Shown here: positions 38,118-47,624 of the stretch, one piece after another
Position numbering within the stretch: position 1 is the stretch's first letter
How the letters are laid out: every line of letters begins with the position of its first letter
Source of the DNA: an uncultured Rhodopirellula sp.
Lineage (GTDB): Bacteria; Planctomycetota; Planctomycetia; Pirellulales; Pirellulaceae
Length of the DNA: 64,000 bases
Reading direction: 5' to 3'
Assembly (NCBI GenBank): GCA_964007735.1
Contig: CAXGAI010000018.1
Coordinates: 1-64,000 of the forward strand
Made by a program: the position numbers and the translations under genes
Notes under the pieces: generated by a model
What the model was told of the DNA's origin: nothing
What the model saw: the letters and a program-made list of their open reading frames with translations, nothing else
The model's database searches: none

Positions 38118-39062
38118 TTATTTCGCAGAGGATATCAGTTTTAGTATCTCACGCCCCATGTGGTCACCGATCAAGAAGTGTGTTTCCGCATTGTGGTTCC
38201 AGTGGTATCCCTGACGGGAAGGCGATAATTCGGGAGGTCTAAAAAAAGGACGGGTTTCAATAGTGAAGACAGAATCGGAAAATTCTTCACGCTTTGCGAC
38301 ATTGAGTTGAGCGGTGATAATTCCAAGTCGACGGTCGATTGTTTGATCCTTTCCGCCAAACCCACTGTTAGCGATGACAACAGGCATTGCGGGGGTATCA
38401 AATTCTTTGCGTAAATCGTTGATTAAGTTAATAAGGTTTGATTCGTATTCTGCGACCGTATCGCTCTTCAGGCCATCGTTCCAGCCTTGGTGCCAGCCAA
38501 ACCCCGCGATCGTGTAACCCTGCCCGCGATATTCCGGAAAATGTGTGTCGAGATCAGTAAGAACTTGTTTGACATGGTTCACCATCTCGGTGTAGAACGG
38601 GCCCAACTTTCCACCACTTGAAGGAGGACGAAAGTCAACGGCGAGGCTTTTCCCGCCCCAGGCCGTTTTAATGATGAGTACCTGCTCTTTAAAGTGGTTG
38701 CCGACAACATGCCCAAACTGTAGCTCAGGACCAAACAGGTGCTCTCTCGCACCATAGCCAACGCTCAGCTCTCCTTTTCTACCCAAGTATTCAATCCAAA
38801 CGTCGCTGCGTTTTGCCCAAGTGCCATCGGGATGGATGATGTGTTCATATCGTTCTGCATTGTCGGCCTGTTTAACAAGGTATTCCAGTGAGCCTTGGCC
38901 GTTGTTTTGCGCGGTGTTGGCAGTGATTGTTCCGTGGCCTTCCATGTTAGATTGCCCGGCAAGAATGAATACCTGTATCTTTTTACGCGGGGCGGCTTCC
39001 ACCAGATTGGTAGAGAGAGAGAGGAGGCAAAGTGCTATCGCAGAGAGTATTACTCGAGACAT
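38118..39062 (-). CDS. Sialate O-acetylesterase-like SGNH esterase (SASA/DUF303)
   Basis: FILAGQSNMEG, FGPEL, IIKTAWGGKSL, WHQGWND, YHWN; signal peptide. Confidence 0.88.
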   Translation of the reverse strand: MSRVILSAIALCLLSLSTNLVEAAPRKKIQVFILAGQSNMEGHGTITANTAQNNGQGSLEYLVKQADNAERYEHIIHPDGTWAKRSDVWIEYLGRKGELSVGYGAREHLFGPELQFGHVVGNHFKEQVLIIKTAWGGKSLAVDFRPPSSGGKLGPFYTEMVNHVKQVLTDLDTHFPEYRGQGYTIAGFGWHQGWNDGLKSDTVAEYESNLINLINDLRKEFDTPAMPVVIANSGFGGKDQTIDRRLGIITAQLNVAKREEFSDSVFTIETRPFFRPPELSPSRQGYHWNHNAETHFLIGDHMGREILKLISSAK

Positions 39063-39153
39063 CGTGTTGTGGATACTTAATAACTGATTGGTTAGAAGGA
39101 TTTAATATCTCATTTTTAGGTCTGGAATACCAGTGGAACGGACTAGATGCGAT

Positions 39154-41049
39154 TTAGGGAACGATTCGGGATGTGCTTTCAAGTTGGTTAAGAGCCCTGT
39201 TGATAACGCGGACAACATACTTACCATTGGCGTAAAGATCGGTGCGAGGTTTAAGGGCATGGTGCATTTCTTTGATGGCTGGTTTAGCCTGGTGGTCGAT
39301 TTGGTCCAGGACAATTGCTGCGTGCAAACGTTCCCACTGCTCGCCGTTGTGCAATTCTTCAACAAGCGTCGGCAAGGCGGCGTCTGGTTTGCCAAACCTG
39401 CAAAGTGCACGTGCCACTGCGGTTCTTACTACGGAAGATGGTTCAGTTTGAAGCATATCGCTCAATCGTACGGCCAAATTAGCAGCCGGCCTGCCAATAT
39501 TACCGAGACCTGTTGCAGCCCAATAACGTACTGCAGCATCTTTGTCATCAAGTGCCTTTGCTAGTTTACTCAAAGCCTTTTCCCCTTCGGATGCAAGTAA
39601 TGCCGTTTCACCTATTCTTTGAACGAGCGTCGTGTCAGCTGTCTTACGGAGAATGTCGTATTGATTACCAAGCTTTGCCTGACGTTCGAGGAGTATTGGC
39701 TCGGCAATCAGGCCGAGATCTTTCGTGTCTTGTACCCATTGGATGTGGACCCTTCTCATCCGCGACAGCGTGGCTTGATGTTCTTTGAGTCCCGCTAAAT
39801 TGTTAATTTCGTGAGGGTCGTTTTCGGTGTCATAAAGTTCTTCCACAGGTTTTGTTTTCGAGAAGTAATATTCAGGGTGCCCGCTGAGCTCGCCGGCATC
39901 GTGGAGCATCCGTAAATCCTTCATGGTTGCACCCTTTTCCGGAGTATTCATGTATTGGTAATAGGTTTTCAGCGGCTCATAATTTCGAATGTATTTGAAT
40001 TGTTTGTCGCGAACCATGCGGATGATATCGTAACGCTCATCCATACGATCTCGGGCTCCATAAACGTAGGTTCGTTTTGCTGGTTGACGTGCTCCAAGAA
40101 ATGCTCGGCCCTGCATATAGGCAGGGCATTTGATCCCCCCGAGATTCAGGACCGTAGGGCCCAAGTCGATGGAACTCACCAGGCGATCGGTTACGCTTCC
40201 GGGTTCGTTGTTAGCGAGATGTTTGAATTGTTCGGGTACGTGAACAATGAGAGGGATGTGAGTGCCCGAATCATAGAGCCATCGTTTTGCACGTGGCAGC
40301 CCAACGCCGTGATCAGACCAGAAAAAGATAATGGTGTTCTCGTAAAGTCCCGCTGACTTCAATTGCTCGACGTGATCTTTACACCAGTCGTCTAAGGCCG
40401 TAATGAGTTCGTAGTTGCGTTTCCAGTCATCTAACGCGGCGGGTGTTCTAGCGTAGTACGGGGGAAAGGTCGTCAGTTTACTTGGATCCTGCCGTTGTTC
40501 CGGGGTAAGGTCGCGTGTAACCGACTGATATTTATTGGTATTGGCAATGCCCGACTCATGGCAGCCTACAAAATTAAACACTGCGAAAAATGGCATATTA
40601 TCGTTAGGGCGATCTTTCCAGTGGGCCTTACCTGACGAAATGTCCCATGCATCTTTAGGCAGGGAGAACTGGTAATCGGTTTTTGAGTTGTTGGTGCAAA
40701 AGTATCCTGCCTTACGAAGATAGGTTGTGAAAGGCTTAATGTGCGATGGTAATTTGGCCTGACACCGCATGTGGTGAGTGCCAAGGGAGGTTTGGTACAT
40801 GCCTGTGATAATTCCAGAGCGATTGGGGGCACATACTCCAGCGGTGGTAAAAGCGTTGGCATATCGAATACCATCCTCTGCCAGTGAATCAAGAAAGGGG
40901 GTAATGGCATGAGGGTCCCCATAGCATCCAAGGTGAGGTGAGATGTCTTCGGCGGACAGCCAAAGGATGTTGGGACGCTGTTCAGCAACGGCAGAATGTG
41001 AGAGGCCGAGGATTAGCAGAAGCGCCAGCATCGAATGTGGTTTAGACAT
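39154..41049 (-). CDS. Sulfatase with C-terminal HEAT-like repeats
   Basis: PNILWLSAED, CAPNR, SDHG, RDRMDE. The C-terminal helical repeats include LDDKDAAVRYWAATGLG and VVRTAVARAL. Confidence 0.92.
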   Translation of the reverse strand: MSKPHSMLALLLILGLSHSAVAEQRPNILWLSAEDISPHLGCYGDPHAITPFLDSLAEDGIRYANAFTTAGVCAPNRSGIITGMYQTSLGTHHMRCQAKLPSHIKPFTTYLRKAGYFCTNNSKTDYQFSLPKDAWDISSGKAHWKDRPNDNMPFFAVFNFVGCHESGIANTNKYQSVTRDLTPEQRQDPSKLTTFPPYYARTPAALDDWKRNYELITALDDWCKDHVEQLKSAGLYENTIIFFWSDHGVGLPRAKRWLYDSGTHIPLIVHVPEQFKHLANNEPGSVTDRLVSSIDLGPTVLNLGGIKCPAYMQGRAFLGARQPAKRTYVYGARDRMDERYDIIRMVRDKQFKYIRNYEPLKTYYQYMNTPEKGATMKDLRMLHDAGELSGHPEYYFSKTKPVEELYDTENDPHEINNLAGLKEHQATLSRMRRVHIQWVQDTKDLGLIAEPILLERQAKLGNQYDILRKTADTTLVQRIGETALLASEGEKALSKLAKALDDKDAAVRYWAATGLGNIGRPAANLAVRLSDMLQTEPSSVVRTAVARALCRFGKPDAALPTLVEELHNGEQWERLHAAIVLDQIDHQAKPAIKEMHHALKPRTDLYANGKYVVRVINRALNQLESTSRIVP

Positions 41050-41073
41050 AATTGGTTTTTAGTGAGGGTTCAT

Positions 41074-41112
41074 AAAAAATGGCTCATGACGCCAAGATAG
41101 CATCTGAGCCGT
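41074..41112 (-). terminator. Rho-independent terminator after the beta-propeller gene
   Basis: The minus strand reads GGCTCA-GATGC...GCGTC-A-TGAGCC-A followed by T6. Confidence 0.7.
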
Positions 41113-41132
41113 GGGTTGAGCTTGCGAAGATG

Positions 41133-42416
41133 CTACTTGCCAATGCAATAGAGATGTTTCTCACCGCGAATGTATAAGCGGTTGTTAGCGATGGCTGGAG
41201 AAGCATAGATGTATTCATTGAGCGGATTTTCGGCCACAATCTCCAATTCCTTGCCGGGTTTAATTATTTTTGTCATACCATCATCCGCGAATAGATAGGC
41301 CAGTCCATTGGCTTTGAGGAGAGACGCGCTAAAGTGATTGCCAAGGCGATCCAGCCACTGACGGGTTCCGTCTTTCGTGCTGTAACAATTGGCCGTGCCG
41401 CGGTCATCTGCAACGATCAGATACTCACCAATAACCACCGGGGAGGGTACGTAACATCGCACCTCTTTACTGTGCCAGCGTACATGGCTTTCGGTGACAT
41501 CACCTTTCCCACGGGGATCGATGCCCATGACATGATAGGTTGGGAACCCCGCACACATATAAAAAAGCTCACCATCGTAAACCATCGAGGCTACAAACTG
41601 TTCGGTCGGTCCTTCAACAACCCAGTGAACTTCACCGCTGTCAGGGTTCAGACTGATGATGTGTTTCGATCCGGAAAACACCATTTGCATGCGACCGTCG
41701 ATTTCGCGAATCAACGGTGTGCAATAGCTACGGATACCGTAAGAACGCTTGGTCTTCCACATGGTTTTGCCGGTAAATTTATTTAAAGCCAGGATATAGG
41801 AATCACCGTCGTGGTCACCATTTACGATAACGAGGTCTTTGTAGAGGACTGGGCAGCTACTATAACCATGAGCACTAATGAATTCACCAGGTTTCACGAG
41901 CCATTGTTGGTTGCCTTGGTAATCATAGGCTGCAACGACCATTTTGCCGGGGAATATTTTACGTTCTGAACCGACGTTCGGCGCAATGACCTCGCTATCA
42001 CCGGCTTCGAAGAAAGTGACGTAAATCAATTCTCCATCTGTAGCCGGTGTCCCCGAGGCGAAACTGTTGAGAGCATGTTTCTTTTCTAACTTTGCTTTGA
42101 TAACATCCTGCTTCCATAGGATCGTACCCTTGTTTGCATCAAGGGCAATTAATTGACGTACTTCGGCGTCCAGGTCGCATGTCACGATAAAGGCTCGATC
42201 TTTCCAAATGATCGGAGAAGCGTGTCCGATCCCCGGAATTTTCGTTTTCCAAAGGATGCCTTCACCAGTCTCGGCATTCCATTTAAGGGGGGGGGTCGTT
42301 GAATTGCTGGAGCCGTCCCCGCGAGGCCCACGCCATCCGGGCCAGTTTTCAGCCTGAGAGGTAATAGTGACTAAACAAGCAGCTAAGAGGGGCAGTAGTG
42401 AAAAATTCGGTTTCAT
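41133..42416 (-). CDS. PQQ-like (BamB-type) beta-propeller repeat protein
   Basis: ENWPGWRGP start, GHASPII, repeated Trp-docking motifs, YASPAIANNRLYIRG. Start taken at ATG 42416; the ORF track starts at 42425. Confidence 0.9.
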   Translation of the reverse strand: MKPNFSLLPLLAACLVTITSQAENWPGWRGPRGDGSSNSTTPPLKWNAETGEGILWKTKIPGIGHASPIIWKDRAFIVTCDLDAEVRQLIALDANKGTILWKQDVIKAKLEKKHALNSFASGTPATDGELIYVTFFEAGDSEVIAPNVGSERKIFPGKMVVAAYDYQGNQQWLVKPGEFISAHGYSSCPVLYKDLVIVNGDHDGDSYILALNKFTGKTMWKTKRSYGIRSYCTPLIREIDGRMQMVFSGSKHIISLNPDSGEVHWVVEGPTEQFVASMVYDGELFYMCAGFPTYHVMGIDPRGKGDVTESHVRWHSKEVRCYVPSPVVIGEYLIVADDRGTANCYSTKDGTRQWLDRLGNHFSASLLKANGLAYLFADDGMTKIIKPGKELEIVAENPLNEYIYASPAIANNRLYIRGEKHLYCIGK

Positions 42417-42502
42417 TGTTCGCAATATGACGAAAGAAGATAGGACAAGCTAAAATACTTAGGTGTTATTCTACTGTTTTTACTGTTGAAATCCAAAGAT
42501 GA

Positions 42503-43423
42503 TTGATGCCAGAATTTAATCGTGATAAGTGTTTTATGCAGGGACGGCTACTTGATCCCTTGCTATTGGAAGATTTGACTCGCAGTAGTCTGAGCGAATC
42601 AATAAAAGAATTGCAGGTGAGGTTTGCATCGGAACAGTACCTCTACCTGAAGAAAGTCTTTTCAAGAGACGAGATAGATGCCGTACGAAGTGAAGTGTTT
42701 ACCCGATTGCACGCCGTAGGTGAGATTGAATCTGCTGGCCCGGAAGGGATTTTTACGGGAGAGAGCAGGCGTGGGGAAGTACCGGAAGGGTTAGGTGAGT
42801 TTTGGAGAAGTGTTTCTCAGGGCCCAGCCTTACGGAAAATAAGCCACGGCACGCAAATCACGAAGTTAATTAGCCAGTTGTTTGCGGAACCTTATGTTGC
42901 CCACGATTACCTGTTTTTACGTCCGGCGGTCCCCGGACGTTCTACGCATTTACATTATGATCACCCATTTTTTGCCCGGGGTAGTGAAAAGATTGTCACT
43001 GCATGGACTGCTTACGGAGACATTCCGGTCGATGAAGGACCGTTGTTAGTGGTTGATCAATCGTATGAATTCACAGACTTAGTGGAAGCAACGAAGAACG
43101 TGGATTACGAATCGAATGAAACACCGCTCGTCCAGATTATGCAGGATCCTAGTGAGTTGGCGCGGACGCGCGGCGTAAAACTGAAAACGGCTGATTTTGA
43201 AGCAGGGGATGTTATTTTGTTCTCAATGACATTACTGCACGGCAGTTTGGACAATCGAAGCGAACGAGGACGCGTAAGGCTATCTAGCGATGTACGTTGG
43301 CAACCGTCTATAGACCCGGTGGACCCTCGATATGTTGGCGACAATCCTCCCGGTACAACCGGAGCAGGTTATGGTGAGCTAAATGGTGCAAAGCCTTTAA
43401 CGATCGGTTGGCACCAACGTTAG
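42503..43423 (+). CDS. Phytanoyl-CoA dioxygenase (PhyH)-family Fe(II)/2-oxoglutarate dioxygenase
   Basis: HYD...VTAW...FEAGDVILF...LHGS...RLSSDVR facial triad and 2OG-binding Arg. Confidence 0.9.
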   Translation: MMPEFNRDKCFMQGRLLDPLLLEDLTRSSLSESIKELQVRFASEQYLYLKKVFSRDEIDAVRSEVFTRLHAVGEIESAGPEGIFTGESRRGEVPEGLGEFWRSVSQGPALRKISHGTQITKLISQLFAEPYVAHDYLFLRPAVPGRSTHLHYDHPFFARGSEKIVTAWTAYGDIPVDEGPLLVVDQSYEFTDLVEATKNVDYESNETPLVQIMQDPSELARTRGVKLKTADFEAGDVILFSMTLLHGSLDNRSERGRVRLSSDVRWQPSIDPVDPRYVGDNPPGTTGAGYGELNGAKPLTIGWHQR

Positions 43424-44757
43424 ATTAGCTCCCGCATGGGTTGATGATCGGTAAGGTACTGGGGACGTCCCGTTAAGTCAGGTACCGTGGTGGTGTTAGG
43501 GTTGATCCCCATTTGGTGGTACAGCGTAGCGATTACCTCACCAAAGTGAGTGCGCCGCTCAATGGGGTAGGCGGCGTGTTTGTCGGTTGCGCCAATAACC
43601 TGTCCTGTACGCATGCCACCACCGGCCACTAAGCCTCCACCAACAGCAGGCCAGTGATCGCGCCCGGCATCCTTATTGATACGTGGTGTCCGTCCGAACT
43701 CACCCCAGGCTACCACGGAGACATCATCCGCCAGCCCACGATCATGTAAATCTTTGATTAATGCCGCCAGGGCTTGATCAAAATATGGAAGATGTGTGTT
43801 TTTGGCTTCAGAAAAATTGCGACTATGGAAGTCCCAACGCCCAAAATTGAGGGTTACTACGCGAGCACCAGCCTCGACTAACCGCCGAGCCATTAGGAAG
43901 TGTTTGTTATTCCGAGGCGCACCGTCCCCATATTTGGCTTCGTGCCCGGTTCCATACATTGCGAGTGTAGCTGGATCTTCTTTGCTCAGATCCATTGCTT
44001 CGGCCAGGCGACTGGAAGTGAGGATGCCTAAAGCCTGTGCAGTGATGTCGTCCACCTGGTCATAAATCCGATCGTCGTCTACTTGTCGGCGAAAATTTTC
44101 AAACTGCCGTAGTAAGGAGGTGCGGGCGCCAAGACGTGACTGATTTCCACCATTGAGTACCATATCTTTTTGCGCTGGTCCCGATGGTCGGAATGCCGCA
44201 TTGGCAAGTCCAAGAAATCCCGGCAGACCGGGAGAGCCATAGGGTGGGTGGCCTGCATCCGGAGCCAATCCTATGAACGGAGGCACGTCAGGCGAAGTTG
44301 GGCCGAGTACCTTTGATGTGCAAGCACCAACCGATGGCCAGCCACCGGTTGGTTCACCAGGTTTTTGGCGACCGGTATAGCAAATATATGAATCATGAGA
44401 ACCGTTAGGAGAACCGTAAACGGCTCGCAATGGAACACACTTGTCCATGATTTTTGCAAGATGTGGCATGTGTTCGGAAATGCGAATGCCAGGCACATTG
44501 GTATCAATAGGGTCGAATTCTCCCCGGATTTCGGCTGGCGCGTCGGGTTTTAGATCATACATGTCCTGGTGAGGCGGGGCACCGACCATATAGATCATGA
44601 TTATCGCTTTGTTGGAATTCGTGATGCCTGCCTGAGCCTCTGCTTGTAAAAGCTGTGGAAGGGACATCCCTCCCATACCTAACGCTCCGACACGGAGGAA
44701 TTCTCGACGTGAGAGACCGCTGCACAACTGCGCCTTACTCGTTCCGATTTTAAGCAT
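43420..44757 (-). CDS. DUF1501 family protein
   Basis: SRREFL, GAPPHQDMYDLKP, WDFH, GEFGRTP, GRDHWP. Confidence 0.95.
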   Translation of the reverse strand: MLKIGTSKAQLCSGLSRREFLRVGALGMGGMSLPQLLQAEAQAGITNSNKAIIMIYMVGAPPHQDMYDLKPDAPAEIRGEFDPIDTNVPGIRISEHMPHLAKIMDKCVPLRAVYGSPNGSHDSYICYTGRQKPGEPTGGWPSVGACTSKVLGPTSPDVPPFIGLAPDAGHPPYGSPGLPGFLGLANAAFRPSGPAQKDMVLNGGNQSRLGARTSLLRQFENFRRQVDDDRIYDQVDDITAQALGILTSSRLAEAMDLSKEDPATLAMYGTGHEAKYGDGAPRNNKHFLMARRLVEAGARVVTLNFGRWDFHSRNFSEAKNTHLPYFDQALAALIKDLHDRGLADDVSVVAWGEFGRTPRINKDAGRDHWPAVGGGLVAGGGMRTGQVIGATDKHAAYPIERRTHFGEVIATLYHQMGINPNTTTVPDLTGRPQYLTDHQPMRELI

Positions 44758-44794
44758 TTTAACAATATCCTCGTTGGTCTTGGGCCTTTCTTTG

Positions 44795-44894
44795 ATTATA
44801 TCGACATGCTGGCCGTTAAAGAAATAGTAGATCTGTTATCCGCGCCGCCAGAAGTCCCCCTATCCCGTGAAATACCGTGAATCTTAGGTATAAT
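44795..44894. promoter_or_regulatory. Divergent pair of consensus -10 elements
   Basis: TATAAT on the minus strand at 44795-44800 (DUF1501 gene) and on the plus strand at 44889-44894 (NHL-repeat gene). Both genes have SD-like motifs. Confidence 0.5.
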
Positions 44895-44938
44895 GGCGTA
44901 TCAATAATTTACATAAATATTAGGGTTGGAGAATCAAC

Positions 44939-46024
44939 ATGACCAAACAACGTAAACCAGTTCTCGGGCGACGGGAATTCTTAGCAGCCTCCGCCGCAGC
45001 AAGTGCCATGAGTATCGGTGTACCGGCCGTGGTAACTGCATCCCGTACTGACTCGCAGATCATTGTTGGAGAGGGTGATTATCAGTACGAGGTGACTCAC
45101 AACTGGGCTCAACTGCCGAGTGAGTTTACGTGGCAGACAACTCATAATGTTGCCGTTGATAAGTCAGGTAATGTTTACGTGATTCATGAGGGTCGTGAAA
45201 ATCTGAAAGATCATCCATCGATCTTCGTTTTTGATAAAAAAGGGCGTTTTGTGCGGGCCTTCGGTAATCAATTCCAAGGTGGTGGTCATGGTATCGAAGT
45301 TCGTCAGGAAGGCAAGGAAGAATTTCTCTATGTCTGTGCGTATCAAAATGTCAAAGCCTTTGCGAAGCTAACACTTAAGGGGGAAACTGTTTGGCATAAG
45401 TTTGCGCCCATTGAGTCTGGTAAGTACGCTGAAGAGGAAGCCACAAACCCACAACGTAAATGGGGCCCGGACCGTTTCCTGCCCACCAATTTTGCCTTTT
45501 TAGATAACGGCGAATTTTTGCTCGTCGATGGTTACGGAGCCTTTTATATTCACCACTACGATAAAGACGCAAACTGGAAGAGTTGTTGGGGCGGACCTGG
45601 TGATGGCGAAGGTAAGTTTAAGACTCCTCATGGAATCTGGATTGACAAGCGTGGTGAGGAAGAGGTTGTTGTCATTTGTGATCGTGCTCATCACACCTTG
45701 CAGTATCTAACCGTGGATGGGAAATACATTAGCACTCAGGAAGGCTTTGGTTTACCAGCGAATGTAGATAGCTATGAGGATTTGTTGTTAGTGCCTGAGT
45801 TGCATGCTCGCGTCACGTTGTTAGGTCCAGGCAATCAGGTTGTCGCCCAACTTGGAGAAGATGTTCAGCGTGTTACGACAGAAGGCGGTATCCGAAATGA
45901 CGAAGGGAAGTGGAAGGATGGTAAGTTCGTTCATCCTCACGATGCCTGCTTTGACCGGAAGGGTAATATAATGGTTGCGGAATGGGTGGCGACGGGGCGT
46001 GTTTCCAAGCTAACCCGTTTGTAA
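44939..46024 (+). CDS. NHL-repeat beta-propeller (peptidylamidoglycolate lyase-like), Tat-exported
   Basis: GRREFL Tat motif; THNVAVD, GHGIE, PTNFAF, FKTPHGIWID, HPHDACFD repeats. Confidence 0.8.
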   Translation: MTKQRKPVLGRREFLAASAAASAMSIGVPAVVTASRTDSQIIVGEGDYQYEVTHNWAQLPSEFTWQTTHNVAVDKSGNVYVIHEGRENLKDHPSIFVFDKKGRFVRAFGNQFQGGGHGIEVRQEGKEEFLYVCAYQNVKAFAKLTLKGETVWHKFAPIESGKYAEEEATNPQRKWGPDRFLPTNFAFLDNGEFLLVDGYGAFYIHHYDKDANWKSCWGGPGDGEGKFKTPHGIWIDKRGEEEVVVICDRAHHTLQYLTVDGKYISTQEGFGLPANVDSYEDLLLVPELHARVTLLGPGNQVVAQLGEDVQRVTTEGGIRNDEGKWKDGKFVHPHDACFDRKGNIMVAEWVATGRVSKLTRL

Positions 46025-46049
46025 GCAAGAAAACAGGAAGAATATCATG

Positions 46050-46090
46050 AACAAGCCCCGCATCGAGTCTGATGCGGGGCTTGTTTCGTT
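46050..46090. terminator. Intrinsic terminator hairpin between convergent genes
   Basis: Perfect 15-bp stem AACAAGCCCCGCATC-gagtct-GATGCGGGGCTTGTT followed by TCGTTT. Confidence 0.85.
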
Positions 46091-46118
46091 TGCGAAAAAA
46101 TAGGTGACGAAAACTTGG

Positions 46119-47576
46119 CTAGCTGATAACGTTCGGAATGGGTTGTGCTCCCTCCACGCCCACTAGCCGCTGATCTAGTCCGTCATAAAAATAAGAGAGT
46201 TTGTTCGGATCAAATCCTAGTTGATGCAATACGGTCGCATGGAGGTGTTTGACATGAAAGCGGTCATCCACCGCCCGACTTCCAAGCTCATCAGTCGTTC
46301 CCACACTAACACCACCTTTGATGCCGCCACCAGCCATCCACATCGTGAAGCCGTAGCTGTTGTGGTCACGCCCGGTTCCTTTTGCATATTCTGCGGTCGG
46401 CTGGCGACCGAATTCGCCGCCCCACACGATAAGCGTGTCTTTGAGCATGTCCCGGCGTTTAAGATCTTTGATGAGACCTGCGATTGGTTTGTCGGTTTCA
46501 CCGGCGTGTAGGTCATGGTTGTATTTTAGATCGCCGTGAGCATCCCAGTTGGCATCGTTGTGATTGCCCCCAGAGTAAATCTGAACGAAACGTACACCGC
46601 GTTCGACGAGGCGGCGAGCCATGAGACACTGGCGGCCGAATTTAGCGGATCGCTCTTGATCCAACCCGTAAAGATTATGAGTTTCTTCCGTTTCAGCTTC
46701 AATGTCTGTCGCTTCCGGTGCCGAAGTCTGCATTCGGAAAGCGAGCTCATAGTTAGCGATGCGGGCTGCGAGCTGCGAATTGTCTACACGGGTCTTTTGA
46801 TGTTCTTCATTGTACTCCTTAAGTGTTGCAAGCAGTCGTTGCTGCGTTTCCCGACTCATTCCAGCTGGCGGATTGAGGTTCAGGATGGGACTGCCTTCGC
46901 TCCTCATGATCGTAGCTTGGTAACTTGCAGGCATGTAGCCACAGGACCAGTTTTTAGCACCTGAAATCGGGCCACCGCGAGGGTCTAACATGACCACAAA
47001 ACCAGGCAGGTTTTGATTTTCGCTTCCTAGCCCATAGGTGACCCATGAGCCGAGACAGGGAGCGCCACTAAGGATGCGGCCACTGTTCATCATCAACATC
47101 GCGGAACCGTGGATGGGTGAGTCAGCAGTCATTGAATGTAGGAATGCTATGTCATCCACACATTCCCCAACGTGTGGAAACAGATCCGAAACCCATTTCC
47201 CACATTCGCCGTACTGTTTGAAATTCCAGCGTGGTTCAACAATCCGGCCCTGATTACGGTGCCCGCCACGTCCGAACGTCTTCACGTCCACCGTTTTGTT
47301 ATCCATCCCCTTCATGTTCGGTTTGTAGTCGAACGTGTCGATGTGGCTAGGACCACCGTACATGTAAAGGAAGATGACCGACTTTGCCTTCGGGGCGAAG
47401 TGTGGTGTTTTCGGAGCCAGTGGATTTTCCCACTTTGTAGTACCGTCTGCAGCGACGGCCTGATTCTCGAAGAAACCATCCTCGCTGAGGAGACCTGCCA
47501 GAGCAGTGCCAGCAAATCCGGCTCCAGATTGCCAAATGAATTCCCGGCGAGTGCGTCCGCAAAAATTCTTAGTCAT
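46119..47576 (-). CDS. DUF1501 family protein
   Basis: FCGRTRREF, MYGGPSHIDTFDYKP, WDAH, GEFGRQP, GRDH. Confidence 0.95.
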   Translation of the reverse strand: MTKNFCGRTRREFIWQSGAGFAGTALAGLLSEDGFFENQAVAADGTTKWENPLAPKTPHFAPKAKSVIFLYMYGGPSHIDTFDYKPNMKGMDNKTVDVKTFGRGGHRNQGRIVEPRWNFKQYGECGKWVSDLFPHVGECVDDIAFLHSMTADSPIHGSAMLMMNSGRILSGAPCLGSWVTYGLGSENQNLPGFVVMLDPRGGPISGAKNWSCGYMPASYQATIMRSEGSPILNLNPPAGMSRETQQRLLATLKEYNEEHQKTRVDNSQLAARIANYELAFRMQTSAPEATDIEAETEETHNLYGLDQERSAKFGRQCLMARRLVERGVRFVQIYSGGNHNDANWDAHGDLKYNHDLHAGETDKPIAGLIKDLKRRDMLKDTLIVWGGEFGRQPTAEYAKGTGRDHNSYGFTMWMAGGGIKGGVSVGTTDELGSRAVDDRFHVKHLHATVLHQLGFDPNKLSYFYDGLDQRLVGVEGAQPIPNVIS

Positions 47577-47624
47577 ATTCGTTGATCCGTATCAAAAGTC
47601 TTCATGGTTTGAAGAAAGGTATTG

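Noticed and set aside
43420..43423. Overlapping 3' ends of convergent genes (also 54837-54848)
   Set aside because: Short stop-codon overlaps are ordinary in compact genomes.
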